DNA of 64,000 nucleotides from an uncultured Clostridia bacterium (GCA_948466345.1 CAOKAC010000006.1:36200-100199); one strand, 5' to 3'; numbered from the stretch's first letter, positions 53,018-63,562 are shown. The notes: a model not told the origin generated them from the letters alone. Translations and numbers: made by a program.

Positions 53018-55246
53018 TCAGTTAAATCCTCTGACTACAGTATTTACATGATGAACCGTTTTCAGCCTGGAAACAACAGAATGAAAATGTCCAGTATCTC
53101 TGCAGGTAAACTTCACATTGATGATCACGTCATCTTCCCCATGCTTTCTGGTATTGATCTGCAAAATAGATACCCGCATCTCTGCCAGCGCCGTGGTAAC
53201 CCCGGCGATTACGGATATATCATCATCTGCAAAAATTTGGATCATCGCTTCAAAAACATCGTGATCCTGATGCAGTTCTTCCATATCCCACTCTGCCCGG
53301 ATCCAACGGTGGAAGAATTCATCACCCCTCATACCGGTCACCACGTTCGGACAGTCTCGCTTGTGGATAGATACGCCGTAGCCTTTCGTAATAAATCCAA
53401 TAATTGAATCTCCTGGAAGGGGGTTGCAGCACTTGGCAAACTTAACAGCACAGCCCCTCTCTCCATCTACAATAATTCCACCGGATTTTCCAGTTACAGG
53501 AGAGGGCACCGTTTTGACTTGCTCCGCCTCCAAAACTGGCTCCGGTTCTTCCGGATGGATCAGCTTTTCCGCTTCTTCCCGCAACTTGGAAATCACTTTG
53601 CTCACTGGCATTCCACCATATCCAATGGCATTGCATAAATCTTCCCCGTTTTGCATTCCCACGCGACGGGCGATATTTGCAATGATTTCGGTGCGCTGCG
53701 CTTCCGTAGCGTTTCTGTATATCCGCTGAATTTCCCGGTCTAAATCAGCGCGGCCAATTAAAATATTTTCGCTCCGCTTTTCCCGCTTGAACCACTGACG
53801 AATTTTGTTGCGCGCTTCCCCTGTACGTACAATCTTCAGCCAGTCCCTGCTCGGCCCCTTGGAAGACGCAGAAGTGATAATCTCTACAATTTCCCCGTTT
53901 TGGGGACACTTGTCAATCGGTGCAATCATGCCGTTGATTTTCGCGCCAATCATTTTATTACCAATCGCTGAGTGGATTGCATACGCAAAGTCAATTAAAG
54001 TAGATCCTTGGGGCAGCGCAATTACATCTCCTTTTGGTGTAAAAACAAACGTCTCATCGTGAAAAATATCAATCTTGAGAGAATGCATAAAATCGTCCGG
54101 ATCAATTGCTTCGTTTTCCGTATCAATCAACTTTGAAATCCACGCAAGTTTATCGTCCATCTCTTCCTTGCTCTGAACCCCTGTTTTATACTTCCAGTGG
54201 GCAGCAATACCATATTCGGCCACATGATGCATCTCTCTAGTACGAATCTGCACCTCAAAGGGAACCCCCTCTCGTCCGATTACGGTGGTATGGAGAGACT
54301 GGTACATATTCGGCTTAGGCGTGGAAATATAGTCCTTGAACCGCCCCGGCATACTTTTGTACATTTCGTGGATAATCCCTAGAGCCGTATAACATTCCAG
54401 TTCTGTTTCTACAATGACCCGCAAAGCATAAAAATCATAGATTTCGTCAAATTCCTTAGACTGGTTAAACATTTTCCGATAAATGCTGTATACTGTTTTT
54501 ACGCGCCCTTCCAACGTAAAATGAATGTTGTATTTTTCCAAATGGGCAGAAACATTTGCCCGAACATTTTCAATAAAATTCTGGTTCTGTCCGTATTTTT
54601 CTTCAATATGCCGGCTTACCTCTGCATATCCGATTGGATCCAGGTAAGACAGGGCCAAATTTTCCAATTCCTGTTTGATGCGCTGGATACCAAGACGGTG
54701 GGCCAGAGGCGCATATACATGCATCGTTTCCAGAGCTGTAGTTCTGCGCTTGTTTTCCGGTTTAGCATCCAATGTACGCATATTGTGCAACCGGTCACAA
54801 AGCTTGATAAAAATAACCCGCACATCTTTAGACATAGCAAGAAGCATCCGACGGATATTTTCCATCTGCGCCTCTTCCTTGTCTTCAATGTTTAAATCTA
54901 CCAGTTTGGTAAGACCACTGACTAACATAGCCACATCCGCACCAAACCACTTTTCTATAGTATCAAGATCGGTTTTATCCGAACAATCCTCTACCGTATC
55001 ATGGAGAAACGCCGCACAAATGGAGTCTGTGTCCAACCCCAACGCAGCAACAATCTCTGCTACCGCAACCGGATGTATGATATAGGGTTCTCCGCTATTG
55101 CGGAATTGTCCCTCGTGAAGATCGGCAGCATATAAAAAAGCTGCCGTAATCTTATCTATATCATATTTTCTCCCGCTGGACTTAAGCATTCCCAGCAAAT
55201 TTTTAATATCGTCTGTGCTTCTTTCGATTTCTTTTGGTATTTCCAT
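53018..55246 (-). CDS. relA: bifunctional (p)ppGpp synthetase/hydrolase (RelA/SpoT, Rel)
   Basis: HD domain (HPVAVA...LHDTVED), synthetase (YRKM...DFYALRVIV, YQSLHTTV), TGS and a C-terminal ACT. Confidence 0.95.
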   Translation of the reverse strand: MEIPKEIERSTDDIKNLLGMLKSSGRKYDIDKITAAFLYAADLHEGQFRNSGEPYIIHPVAVAEIVAALGLDTDSICAAFLHDTVEDCSDKTDLDTIEKWFGADVAMLVSGLTKLVDLNIEDKEEAQMENIRRMLLAMSKDVRVIFIKLCDRLHNMRTLDAKPENKRRTTALETMHVYAPLAHRLGIQRIKQELENLALSYLDPIGYAEVSRHIEEKYGQNQNFIENVRANVSAHLEKYNIHFTLEGRVKTVYSIYRKMFNQSKEFDEIYDFYALRVIVETELECYTALGIIHEMYKSMPGRFKDYISTPKPNMYQSLHTTVIGREGVPFEVQIRTREMHHVAEYGIAAHWKYKTGVQSKEEMDDKLAWISKLIDTENEAIDPDDFMHSLKIDIFHDETFVFTPKGDVIALPQGSTLIDFAYAIHSAIGNKMIGAKINGMIAPIDKCPQNGEIVEIITSASSKGPSRDWLKIVRTGEARNKIRQWFKREKRSENILIGRADLDREIQRIYRNATEAQRTEIIANIARRVGMQNGEDLCNAIGYGGMPVSKVISKLREEAEKLIHPEEPEPVLEAEQVKTVPSPVTGKSGGIIVDGERGCAVKFAKCCNPLPGDSIIGFITKGYGVSIHKRDCPNVVTGMRGDEFFHRWIRAEWDMEELHQDHDVFEAMIQIFADDDISVIAGVTTALAEMRVSILQINTRKHGEDDVIINVKFTCRDTGHFHSVVSRLKTVHHVNTVVRGFN

Positions 55247-55253
55247 ATTGTAC

Positions 55254-57440
55254 TTACGCTTTCTCCGCCACACATGTTGCTCGCAGCTTCTTTAATATAT
55301 TGGACTTGTTCAAATCTGCCTTTATTTTCACATAAATATATTTGAAACGATATATTTCCCGCTCGTCTTCAATTTTTTCCACTCCCAGTATGTTTAGCTC
55401 CTGAAAAATTCGAATCATATACTGCACCTTTACATAACGCATATCCCTGCCCGCATTCTGCAAAAGGTTGCACAAAGAACGTACACTGAAGGTATCATGC
55501 TCCATGCGCAGCTCTTTTTTTATAAGATTATACAGAGCACCCAGATCCTCCCTGGAAGGGACAATACTTTCCGCCTCCTGACGCGTCCAATGCAGCTGCG
55601 ACTCTCCGCTGCTTAGTGCCCAATAAAGCTGCTGTTCTTTTTCATATGCCAATGCGCTTGTATCACTGAGCCGAATATCTTTCACAATAAACTGCAAATT
55701 TTTCACATTCTGATATGCGTTGATATCTAATTGAAATAAAACATCCACGCTGTCCCCCTCGTACAAATCCAATTCCTTTGGCGCTCTTCTGAAAAACATG
55801 GCCGTAATCACCAGTGCGTCCTTTGTGAGGGTCATTTTTGCATGCTTACCTCCGCCTACTCCTGAAATAGAAGAGAGCCGCATCTCCCGCATTACAAATA
55901 ACGGCATTGGGTTAGATACTCCAAAAGGTTCCAGACGATACAGTTCCGCTGCTTGCGTCATATGTATGTCGGCAGGAATCAGTTCACATTCAGCCTCCAG
56001 CACCGGCACCGGTTCCTTTTCCGAAAAGCATCCTCTAGCATAATCATTGATCCGTCTGCGAAATGCGGCAAGATTGCTTCTGCCAACAGAAAGCCCTGCA
56101 GCCAATTCATGACCACCATATTTGATCAATAAATCTGCACAATGGGTTAGCGCTTCTACCAGGTTCATCCCCTTAACACTTCTGCCGCTTCCTTTTCCAA
56201 TATCTCCTTTTGTCTCTTCCCCATTATCAAAGGAAATCAAAATACAGGGCTTTCCGTATTTCTCTGCAATTCTGGATGCGACGATTCCAATAATTCCGTG
56301 ATGCCAGCTTTCATCTGTCAAAACAATTACCGGATCATGGACGAACGCCTCATCCCCATCAATACGGGCGAAAGCCTGCTCCATAATTTTATTTTCTTCC
56401 AGTTGACGCTCCTGATTGATTTGGCATAGTTCTTTTGCAAGCACATCTGCCTGACTGCGCTCTTTTGTGAGCAGCAATTCCACCGCAATGGATGCGCTGC
56501 GGATTCGGCCGGCCGCGTTGATACGCGGGGCAATCGTGTAACCGATATAACTAGAAGTAATCTTTCTCTTTTGATGCGGCTTTGCATCTGTATTTACCGC
56601 GTCCAAAAGCGCTGCAATCGACGTTCTGGGCGCCGTCTCCATCATGTGTAGTCCCCTAGATACAATCAGCCGGTTTTCGTCCCGCAAAGGCATCACGTCC
56701 GCTACTGTACCCATAGCTACTAAGTCCATATACGCATCGCTGACACAACGAATATTTTCCAGCACCGTTCGCTCTGGGAACCGTAGAATCTCCATAGCAC
56801 AAAGAAGCTTGAACACCACTCCTACGCCTGCCAATTCTTTAAAGGGATACGGACATTCCGGCTGCCTTGGATTCACTACAGCAAGAGCCGCCGGTACTTC
56901 GGTATGACACGCATGATGATCGGTAACGATCAGTTTCATACCAAGACTACGAATGATTTTAGCTTCTTCTATAGCGGTGATCCCCGTATCCACCGTCACA
57001 ATTAAATCACACCCGTCTTCCTTCAGCTGACACAAAGCAGCCTCTGTCATTCCATATCCCTCTCGAATCCGGGATGGAATATAAAAATTTACGGTAGCGC
57101 CAATCTCTAACAAGTACATGTATAAAATTGATACGGAAGTTACGCCGTCCACATCATAGTCTCCATAAATTACGATCCGCTTGCCTGCAGCTACTCCACT
57201 AAGAAGCTGTTCTGCCGCACATCGCATATCCTTCATCAGGAACGGATCGTATAAACGATCCGTTTTGTTTTCCAAAAAGTCCTTTGCCTCGTCCGCATTT
57301 CTGCATCCTCGGTTTATAAGGAGCTGCGCCGTTGGGAGGCATAGTTTCAGCCCATCGGCAATCTCCCGGGCAGCCGTGCTTTCTTCTACCTGGCGGCGAG
57401 CAGCTTTCACATCCCATATTGTTTTCTTTTTTGCAGACAT
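55254..57440 (-). CDS. recJ: single-stranded-DNA-specific exonuclease RecJ
   Basis: DHH motifs (IYGDYDVDGVTS, VTVDTG, VTDHH) and DHHA1 (GGH..AAG). ATG at 57440 follows GGAGA. Confidence 0.9.
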   Translation of the reverse strand: MSAKKKTIWDVKAARRQVEESTAAREIADGLKLCLPTAQLLINRGCRNADEAKDFLENKTDRLYDPFLMKDMRCAAEQLLSGVAAGKRIVIYGDYDVDGVTSVSILYMYLLEIGATVNFYIPSRIREGYGMTEAALCQLKEDGCDLIVTVDTGITAIEEAKIIRSLGMKLIVTDHHACHTEVPAALAVVNPRQPECPYPFKELAGVGVVFKLLCAMEILRFPERTVLENIRCVSDAYMDLVAMGTVADVMPLRDENRLIVSRGLHMMETAPRTSIAALLDAVNTDAKPHQKRKITSSYIGYTIAPRINAAGRIRSASIAVELLLTKERSQADVLAKELCQINQERQLEENKIMEQAFARIDGDEAFVHDPVIVLTDESWHHGIIGIVASRIAEKYGKPCILISFDNGEETKGDIGKGSGRSVKGMNLVEALTHCADLLIKYGGHELAAGLSVGRSNLAAFRRRINDYARGCFSEKEPVPVLEAECELIPADIHMTQAAELYRLEPFGVSNPMPLFVMREMRLSSISGVGGGKHAKMTLTKDALVITAMFFRRAPKELDLYEGDSVDVLFQLDINAYQNVKNLQFIVKDIRLSDTSALAYEKEQQLYWALSSGESQLHWTRQEAESIVPSREDLGALYNLIKKELRMEHDTFSVRSLCNLLQNAGRDMRYVKVQYMIRIFQELNILGVEKIEDEREIYRFKYIYVKIKADLNKSNILKKLRATCVAEKA

Positions 57441-57485
57441 TCTCAATTTCTCCAATACCGCAACAGCGGCTCAATGCTTCACTCT

Positions 57486-59069
57486 CTATATATCCCGCCT
57501 AAATCGGGACAAGATAGCCAGCGCCACGCGGATTCCATCAGCAGCAGCGCTCATAATTCCACCTGCATATCCCGCACCTTCTCCGCAAGGGTATACCAGA
57601 TTACGTCCAATAGCAGTCAAATTATCATTGCGAAGAATACGCACTGGCGCACTGGTACGAGTCTCGATCCCCGTCAAGGGTACGTCTGGTGCATCATAAC
57701 CGGCAATTTTTCCAGAAAAACGGTGCAACCCTTCTTTTAACATATCGCAGATAAAAGGCGGCAGCAACACATTGAAATCAGCAGCCCGAACTCTGCCGTT
57801 ACTATATGAGGGCAGGATGCGTTCGCCGAATCCGCCTGGCTTACCGACATAAAAGTTACCTACGCTTTGACACGGCGCACTGTAGTCTCCGCCTCCAGCC
57901 GCAAATGCCGCCTGTTCCAAAGCACGCTGAAACTGAATCGCTCCGACGGGACTGTTGCCAAAATCCTCTGGAAGAACAGATACGGCAACAGCTGCGTTTC
58001 CATTCTTACCGTTCCGATCATGCCTGCTCATTCCGTTGGTCACCACACCGCCTGTTTCCGACGCAGCAGCAACCACCTCACCGCCGGGACACATACAAAA
58101 GGTGTATACACCCCGCTGTCCCCGCCGCCAGGACATTTGATACTCACCATGCCCCAACCGCTGAGCAAGCTGTGCATCTCCATACAAAGCGGCGTCCAGT
58201 TCTTCCTGCAAATGCTCCGCGCGTACACCAACGGAGAAAGGTTTAGGTTCCACCGCATACCCCGCCTCCATTAAGTACGCATACGTATCTCGCGCGCTGT
58301 GACCTGTCGCCAGTATAACCGGACCGCAGGCCATCTTCTCTCCATCTGCTGCAATCCATCCGTCACCCATCGCTTCCGCTTTGGTCATATACCGAATTTC
58401 TCCTCCAAGACGACGGATCTCCCGGTCTGCATTATCCACTACTGTACGCAGAATATCCGTACCGACATGTGGTTTTGCTCGCCACAAAATGTCTTCCGGA
58501 GCCCCAAGCCTATGAAGCGTTTGAAGAATAAATCCACATTTGCTGTCCCCAATGCGCGTCGTGAGCTTTCCATCAGAAAAGGTACCGGCGCCTCCGGCGC
58601 CGAACTGAATATTGCTCTGCAAATTTAGCTGTCCCAAGGATGTAAACTTCTCTACAGCATCTGTCCGTTTTGCCACATCTCCGCCACGTTCCAGTATCAA
58701 AGGACAAAGTCCCGCCTGTGCCAAAAGCAGGGCGCAAAATATCCCAGCCGGTCCAAAGCCTACAACAACAGGACGCCCCGGCAGCACTTCCTCCCCCATG
58801 GGTAAAGAAAATGACTCTTCCTGCCGAACTTTTATATTCTGCAAAGATGGAAGCTGCTTTGCATCTTCTTCAGAATACGCTAAAACAGAACACACAAAGG
58901 CAATCTTTCCCCGACGTCTTGCATCTACAGATTTTCGATGGATATGCAGAGAGTCCGGAATAAATGAAACTGCGTTTTGTTTCAGTCTCTTTCTTGCAAT
59001 CTCCAATATTTCTCCGTCTTGTACCGCAATAGGTACCCGTATATTTTCAACGATAATTTTGCTTTTCAC
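57486..59069 (-). CDS. FAD-dependent oxidoreductase (COG2509-like)
   Basis: VVVGFGPAGIFCALLLAQAG dinucleotide-binding motif and GEGAGYAGGI near the C-terminus. The GTG start overlaps the cdaR stop (GTGA). Confidence 0.75.
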   Translation of the reverse strand: MKSKIIVENIRVPIAVQDGEILEIARKRLKQNAVSFIPDSLHIHRKSVDARRRGKIAFVCSVLAYSEEDAKQLPSLQNIKVRQEESFSLPMGEEVLPGRPVVVGFGPAGIFCALLLAQAGLCPLILERGGDVAKRTDAVEKFTSLGQLNLQSNIQFGAGGAGTFSDGKLTTRIGDSKCGFILQTLHRLGAPEDILWRAKPHVGTDILRTVVDNADREIRRLGGEIRYMTKAEAMGDGWIAADGEKMACGPVILATGHSARDTYAYLMEAGYAVEPKPFSVGVRAEHLQEELDAALYGDAQLAQRLGHGEYQMSWRRGQRGVYTFCMCPGGEVVAAASETGGVVTNGMSRHDRNGKNGNAAVAVSVLPEDFGNSPVGAIQFQRALEQAAFAAGGGDYSAPCQSVGNFYVGKPGGFGERILPSYSNGRVRAADFNVLLPPFICDMLKEGLHRFSGKIAGYDAPDVPLTGIETRTSAPVRILRNDNLTAIGRNLVYPCGEGAGYAGGIMSAAADGIRVALAILSRFRRDI

Positions 59070-60304
59070 TTGATCGCCACCTGAATATTATACTCACCCA
59101 GTTCATATACCGTGCCGGAAGGATCATTTATAGAAACTTTTCCCTCCGCGTATACCCGTCCCATGTTGCTGTGGGTATATCCGGTCAAATCGGCGGATAC
59201 AACAATATCTTCCGCGCGCAGCGCATCCACCGCATCCCGATCTCCCCGTACAGTAACAGGAATCGTTTGGGAAAGCAGTTCATACTCCACGCCGCTGTCA
59301 ACAGATATTTTTATATCTTTTACGTTAAAGGTTCTGGTTTTCGTTCCAATATGCCGCACTGCAACTGTTGCTGTCGCTGATTCTTCGTCCAGTGTAAGCG
59401 CATCTGGAACATTTACCCGCACGATCAAGCTCGAATCCTCTGTAATCGCCTTTTCGTCTAAAGTAGCCACCACAAGTTCATCCATATTCGCCAAAACGGC
59501 AGGGTCTCCTTTTACAGTTACTGTCTCCGGATCCATGGTGATACGGCAGTTCGCCTCCGTATAATAGCCATATTTCACAGAAGCTACAAGCTTTAATTCC
59601 TTATAGCAGTATACAGGTATATTGACCTTGACTTCCGTTTTGGAAAGACGTACATATGGGTTGGTAATCACATTGCCGGACAAACTGATAAGCTCCAAAG
59701 TACCCACCATGGAAACAGAAGACTCAATTGCACCCGCATCTAAACTCACCTGGGCAAAATCGATATCGTCCAGAATCGTTTTCGGTCCGCTTACATTTAC
59801 AGTATCCGTATCCGCTACAAGCTCTCCCAATTCATAACTTTCCGGTATGGTTACAGAAGAAATACGAGATCGTACATCTACAACAGCAGATGAACGTTCA
59901 TCAATATACAAGGAAAGCCTGGACACAGACGATTCCAGCATTGTGAGCCCTGTAGGCAAGTCAAAAAACAACGCCACCTCATGACTGCCTGCCTGAACAA
60001 TCCCTGAAACATCCGCAGTAACATTAATATCGGAAACCGTGTATCTGCCAATCACGCTTTTTGGCCCCTTCACCTTTAAATCCACAGTAGCGTCAAACCC
60101 GCCGAATACAGACAGATTATGTTCATTTTCCAGCGTGGATACACCTGCTAAATTTACCGGCACATCTAAAAATTCCGATTCATAATCCGGGCTGTCCACT
60201 TCCATTACATAAAGCCAGATAATGAACGCACAAACCATACAAAGAATCTTTGTCCCAATATGCCAGTTTCTCTTTCTCTGAGCAGCAACTTTCTCCTGTT
60301 TCAT
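59066..60304 (-). CDS. cdaR: YbbR-domain protein CdaR (regulator of diadenylate cyclase)
   Basis: N-terminal TM anchor and repeated YbbR-like beta domains. It overlaps the cdaA stop by 4 nt. Confidence 0.8.
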   Translation of the reverse strand: MKQEKVAAQRKRNWHIGTKILCMVCAFIIWLYVMEVDSPDYESEFLDVPVNLAGVSTLENEHNLSVFGGFDATVDLKVKGPKSVIGRYTVSDINVTADVSGIVQAGSHEVALFFDLPTGLTMLESSVSRLSLYIDERSSAVVDVRSRISSVTIPESYELGELVADTDTVNVSGPKTILDDIDFAQVSLDAGAIESSVSMVGTLELISLSGNVITNPYVRLSKTEVKVNIPVYCYKELKLVASVKYGYYTEANCRITMDPETVTVKGDPAVLANMDELVVATLDEKAITEDSSLIVRVNVPDALTLDEESATATVAVRHIGTKTRTFNVKDIKISVDSGVEYELLSQTIPVTVRGDRDAVDALRAEDIVVSADLTGYTHSNMGRVYAEGKVSINDPSGTVYELGEYNIQVAIK

Positions 60305-61200
60305 TTTTTGTCGCTCCTCTCTGCAGACGCCTGTGTCCTCCGTCCTTTACGTATAAAACGAAAAATTTTCTTACCTTCTCCTGTATCAGAAACAGGCTCA
60401 ACCAGTTCCGTCAAGCGACTTCGCAGCGTATCCGCATTATACCCCCGGGTCAAATAGCCGTCCACAGCAACCGAAATAGTCCCTGTTTCTTCAGAAACAA
60501 CTACAATCACCGCGTCACTGTCCTCGCTAAGTCCAATAGCCGCACGATGACGTGTTCCCAAATCCCGATTTAAATCCGTCTGGTGGGTGAGAGGCAAAAG
60601 GCATCCTGCAGCATAAAGTCTTCCATCCCGCAGTAAAACCGCGCCGTCATGCAAAGGCGCTTTATTGAAAAAAATATTTCGCAAAAGATACGCGCTGATC
60701 TGCGCATCAGAAATCGTCCCGGTAGCGGCGATTTCTCCCAGCCTGGTTCCCCGCTCAAATACGATCAGTGCACCGGTTTTATCTATAGCCATCTGTGACG
60801 CAGCAGCAGATACCTCACGAATTGCCAGCATCCAGGCCGATCCATCCTTGGAATCGCTGATATTTTTTAATCCCTTCAGGGAGCTGCCGCCCATCTTTTC
60901 AAGAGCGCTGCGCATTTCCGGCTGGAATAAAACCACCAACGCAATTACACCCACCTGAAAAAGATTCTGGAATATATATTTCAGCGCATGCATACCAAGT
61001 AAATCACTGAGTACCAAAAACATGGTGAAAAAAATCACACCGACAGCCAGTTTTCCCGCCCGGCGCTCCCGTACAAAACGAAAGGCGTAGTACAAAATAA
61101 TAGCTACCAAAAATATATCGAGAAAATCCACAACAGTGATGGAACGTATCGTTTGTAACATGCCTCCAAGAAAGCTAGCGAACCACTCTGCAATTTTCAT
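60301..61200 (-). CDS. cdaA: diadenylate cyclase CdaA
   Basis: 3 N-terminal TM helices, then a DAC domain: TGALIVFERG, HDGAVLL and LGTRHRAAIGLSE.SDA..VVVSEETG. Confidence 0.9.
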   Translation of the reverse strand: MKIAEWFASFLGGMLQTIRSITVVDFLDIFLVAIILYYAFRFVRERRAGKLAVGVIFFTMFLVLSDLLGMHALKYIFQNLFQVGVIALVVLFQPEMRSALEKMGGSSLKGLKNISDSKDGSAWMLAIREVSAAASQMAIDKTGALIVFERGTRLGEIAATGTISDAQISAYLLRNIFFNKAPLHDGAVLLRDGRLYAAGCLLPLTHQTDLNRDLGTRHRAAIGLSEDSDAVIVVVSEETGTISVAVDGYLTRGYNADTLRSRLTELVEPVSDTGEGKKIFRFIRKGRRTQASAERSDKK

Positions 61201-61389
61201 GTCTTCACCCTCTCCCTACTGAACGGAAGTTGTAATACTGCCCACTGCAGCATCTACATTTTATAAGTATAGCATAAATAGCGTTCCATTTCAAACATTT
61301 ATCAAATTATTTACATAAATTATATATCTCATTGTTAAAAAATTGGATAGATTTATCATCGAAAATGTCTTTTTTTCTGGTGAAAAATA

Positions 61390-61398
61390 TGATATACT
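61390..61398 (+). promoter_or_regulatory. extended -10 element TGaTATACT
   Basis: Read at 61390-61398, 31 nt upstream of the GTG at 61429 in an AT-rich divergent region. Confidence 0.4.
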
Positions 61399-61428
61399 GA
61401 TTATGTACATAAAAAAGGAGGGATCTCA

Positions 61429-62100
61429 GTGCAAAAAGATAAAAAAATTATCATTGTCTGCGGACATTACGGCAGCGGCAAAACCAATGTGGCCGTAAAT
61501 TTGGCCCTCCAGTATAAAAGTGCGCATCACGACAGGGATGTAGCACTGGCGGATGTGGATATCGTCAATCCGTATTTTCGAGCCGCAGATGCTGCAAAGC
61601 AGCTCTCTGATGCTGGAGTACGACCGATTATCCCCGCATTTGCCAATTCCAACGTGGATATCCCTAGTCTGCCTGCAGAACTGTATTCCCTGTTTCGGGA
61701 AGATACAGATACTATCGCATTCATTGATGTAGGAGGGGATGACGGTGCTGTGGCTCTAGGAATGTATGCGGAGCAAATTGAAAAGCTCGGCTACGAAATG
61801 CTTTATGTAGTCAGCTGCTACCGCCCGCTTACAGAAAGCCCCGAGGAAGCTGCCGCACTGATGCATGTGATTGAAGATGCTTCACATTTAAAGTGTACAG
61901 GTATCGTAAACAATAGTTCCATTGGAGCAGATACAACAGAAAAGGAACTCATCGCTTCTATAGCTTATGCCCATGCATGTGAAGCTGCCTGCGGGATTCC
62001 GTTGTGCTTCACCTCCTATTACGAGGCGTTGCTTCCTGGATTGAATATACCCGGGGAGCCGTTGTTTCCTATGAAAAATGTTACAAAACAGATGTTTTAA
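61429..62100 (+). CDS. P-loop NTPase of unknown function (MinD/ParA-superfamily-like)
   Basis: KKIIIVCGHYGSGKTNVAVNLAL Walker A and FIDVGGDD Walker B-like. GTG start after AAAAAGGAGGGA. Confidence 0.6.
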   Translation: MQKDKKIIIVCGHYGSGKTNVAVNLALQYKSAHHDRDVALADVDIVNPYFRAADAAKQLSDAGVRPIIPAFANSNVDIPSLPAELYSLFREDTDTIAFIDVGGDDGAVALGMYAEQIEKLGYEMLYVVSCYRPLTESPEEAAALMHVIEDASHLKCTGIVNNSSIGADTTEKELIASIAYAHACEAACGIPLCFTSYYEALLPGLNIPGEPLFPMKNVTKQMF

Positions 62101-62136
62101 CATCGTTTGTATAAATCCGAAACGGAGGTTTTTTAT

Positions 62137-62349
62137 ATGAATAAAGTTACTTTCAAAACAGATGTCTGCAAAGGCTGCGGATTGTGCGTCACAGCATGTC
62201 CTAAGAAAATCGTGGTTCTTGCCACAGATGAACTGAATCAAAAGGGCTATCATCCTGCGATTATCACTGATCAGGAAAAATGTATCGCCTGCGCCATGTG
62301 CGCGTTGATGTGTCCAGACTGTGTCATTACGGTAGAAAAAGACGCATAA
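62137..62349 (+). CDS. 2x[4Fe-4S] ferredoxin, delta subunit of 2-oxoacid:ferredoxin oxidoreductase
   Basis: CKGCGLCVTACP and CIACAMCALMCP motifs in 70 aa. ACGGAGG SD. Confidence 0.8.
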   Translation: MNKVTFKTDVCKGCGLCVTACPKKIVVLATDELNQKGYHPAIITDQEKCIACAMCALMCPDCVITVEKDA

Positions 62350-62391
62350 CTTCCGCAAAGCCTAAGACTGAAGAAAGGATATTATTGAGAT

Positions 62392-63453
62392 ATGTCAGAA
62401 AAAGTACTTATGAAAGGAAACGAAGCAATTGCCGAAGCCGCAATCAAATGCGGGTGCCGGCACTTCTTCGGTTATCCCATCACCCCGCAAACGGAGCTTT
62501 CCGAATACCTTGCAAAAAAAATGCCCAAGGTTGGCGGTCTTTGTCTCCAGGCGGAAAGCGAAGTTGCTGCAATCAATATGACAATGGGAGCAGCCGCATC
62601 CGGTGTCCGTGTAATCACCTCTTCTTCCTCTCCCGGAATTTCCCTGAAAAGCGAGGGGATCAGCTACATAGCAGGCTGCGATCTCCCTTGCGTAATTATC
62701 AATATCCAAAGAGGCGGACCGGGTCTTGGCGGTATCCAGCCCTCACAGGCCGATTATTATCAGGCAACCCGCGGCGTTGGCCATGGTGACCTGCGCCTGC
62801 TGGTATTTGCACCCTCTTCCGTGCAGGAAATGGCACAGCTAACCATCGAGGCCTTTGATCTGGCAGATATCTACAGAATGCCCGCTATGATTCTGGCAGA
62901 CGGCGCACTGGGCCAAATGATGGAGCCGGTTGACTTCGGCGCCATCCCCCAGAGAGAACTGCCAGCGAAGGACTGGGCAGCATGCGGTCACGACAATAAA
63001 CGAAAAAAGAATATTGTGAACTCTCTGTATATCGATCCTCAGGAACTGGAAAACATTGTTGATCAGCGGTACGAACGGTATGCAAAAATTGAAGAAACAG
63101 AGGCCCGTTGCGAAGAATACCTCACCGATGATGCCGATATTGTTTTGGTATCCTTTGGTATCACCGCTCGGGTTTGCAAAACGGCCATCGGAGCTGCCAG
63201 AGCAGAAGGTATCAAAGTCGGTATGATCCGTCCTATCACCCTTTGGCCCTTCCCGAAAAAAGCCATTCATGCTGCAGCTTGCAGTGCAAAGGCAATGCTG
63301 AGCGTAGAAATGTCTAAGGGCCAAATGATTGATGATGTACGCTTGGCTGCAAACGGTCAATGCCCTGTAGAATTTTACGGTCGTACCGGCGGTATGATTC
63401 CCACTCCAGACGCCGTTTTGGAAAAAATTCGTGCCATGCAGGCACAACTGTAA
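62392..63453 (+). CDS. 2-oxoacid:ferredoxin oxidoreductase alpha subunit (KorA/VorB type)
   Basis: MKGNEAIAEAAIKCGCRHFFGYPITPQTE...QAESEVAAINM. Confidence 0.85.
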   Translation: MSEKVLMKGNEAIAEAAIKCGCRHFFGYPITPQTELSEYLAKKMPKVGGLCLQAESEVAAINMTMGAAASGVRVITSSSSPGISLKSEGISYIAGCDLPCVIINIQRGGPGLGGIQPSQADYYQATRGVGHGDLRLLVFAPSSVQEMAQLTIEAFDLADIYRMPAMILADGALGQMMEPVDFGAIPQRELPAKDWAACGHDNKRKKNIVNSLYIDPQELENIVDQRYERYAKIEETEARCEEYLTDDADIVLVSFGITARVCKTAIGAARAEGIKVGMIRPITLWPFPKKAIHAAACSAKAMLSVEMSKGQMIDDVRLAANGQCPVEFYGRTGGMIPTPDAVLEKIRAMQAQL

Positions 63454-63562
63454 GGGAGCTTACGTGAAAACTGGAGATATACCCTAACTCCAAATCCACT
63501 TTTTCATGTACATTTGCCTTTGTAAAAGTAAAAGCAAATGCAAAGAAAGGCTGAAAACTGAA

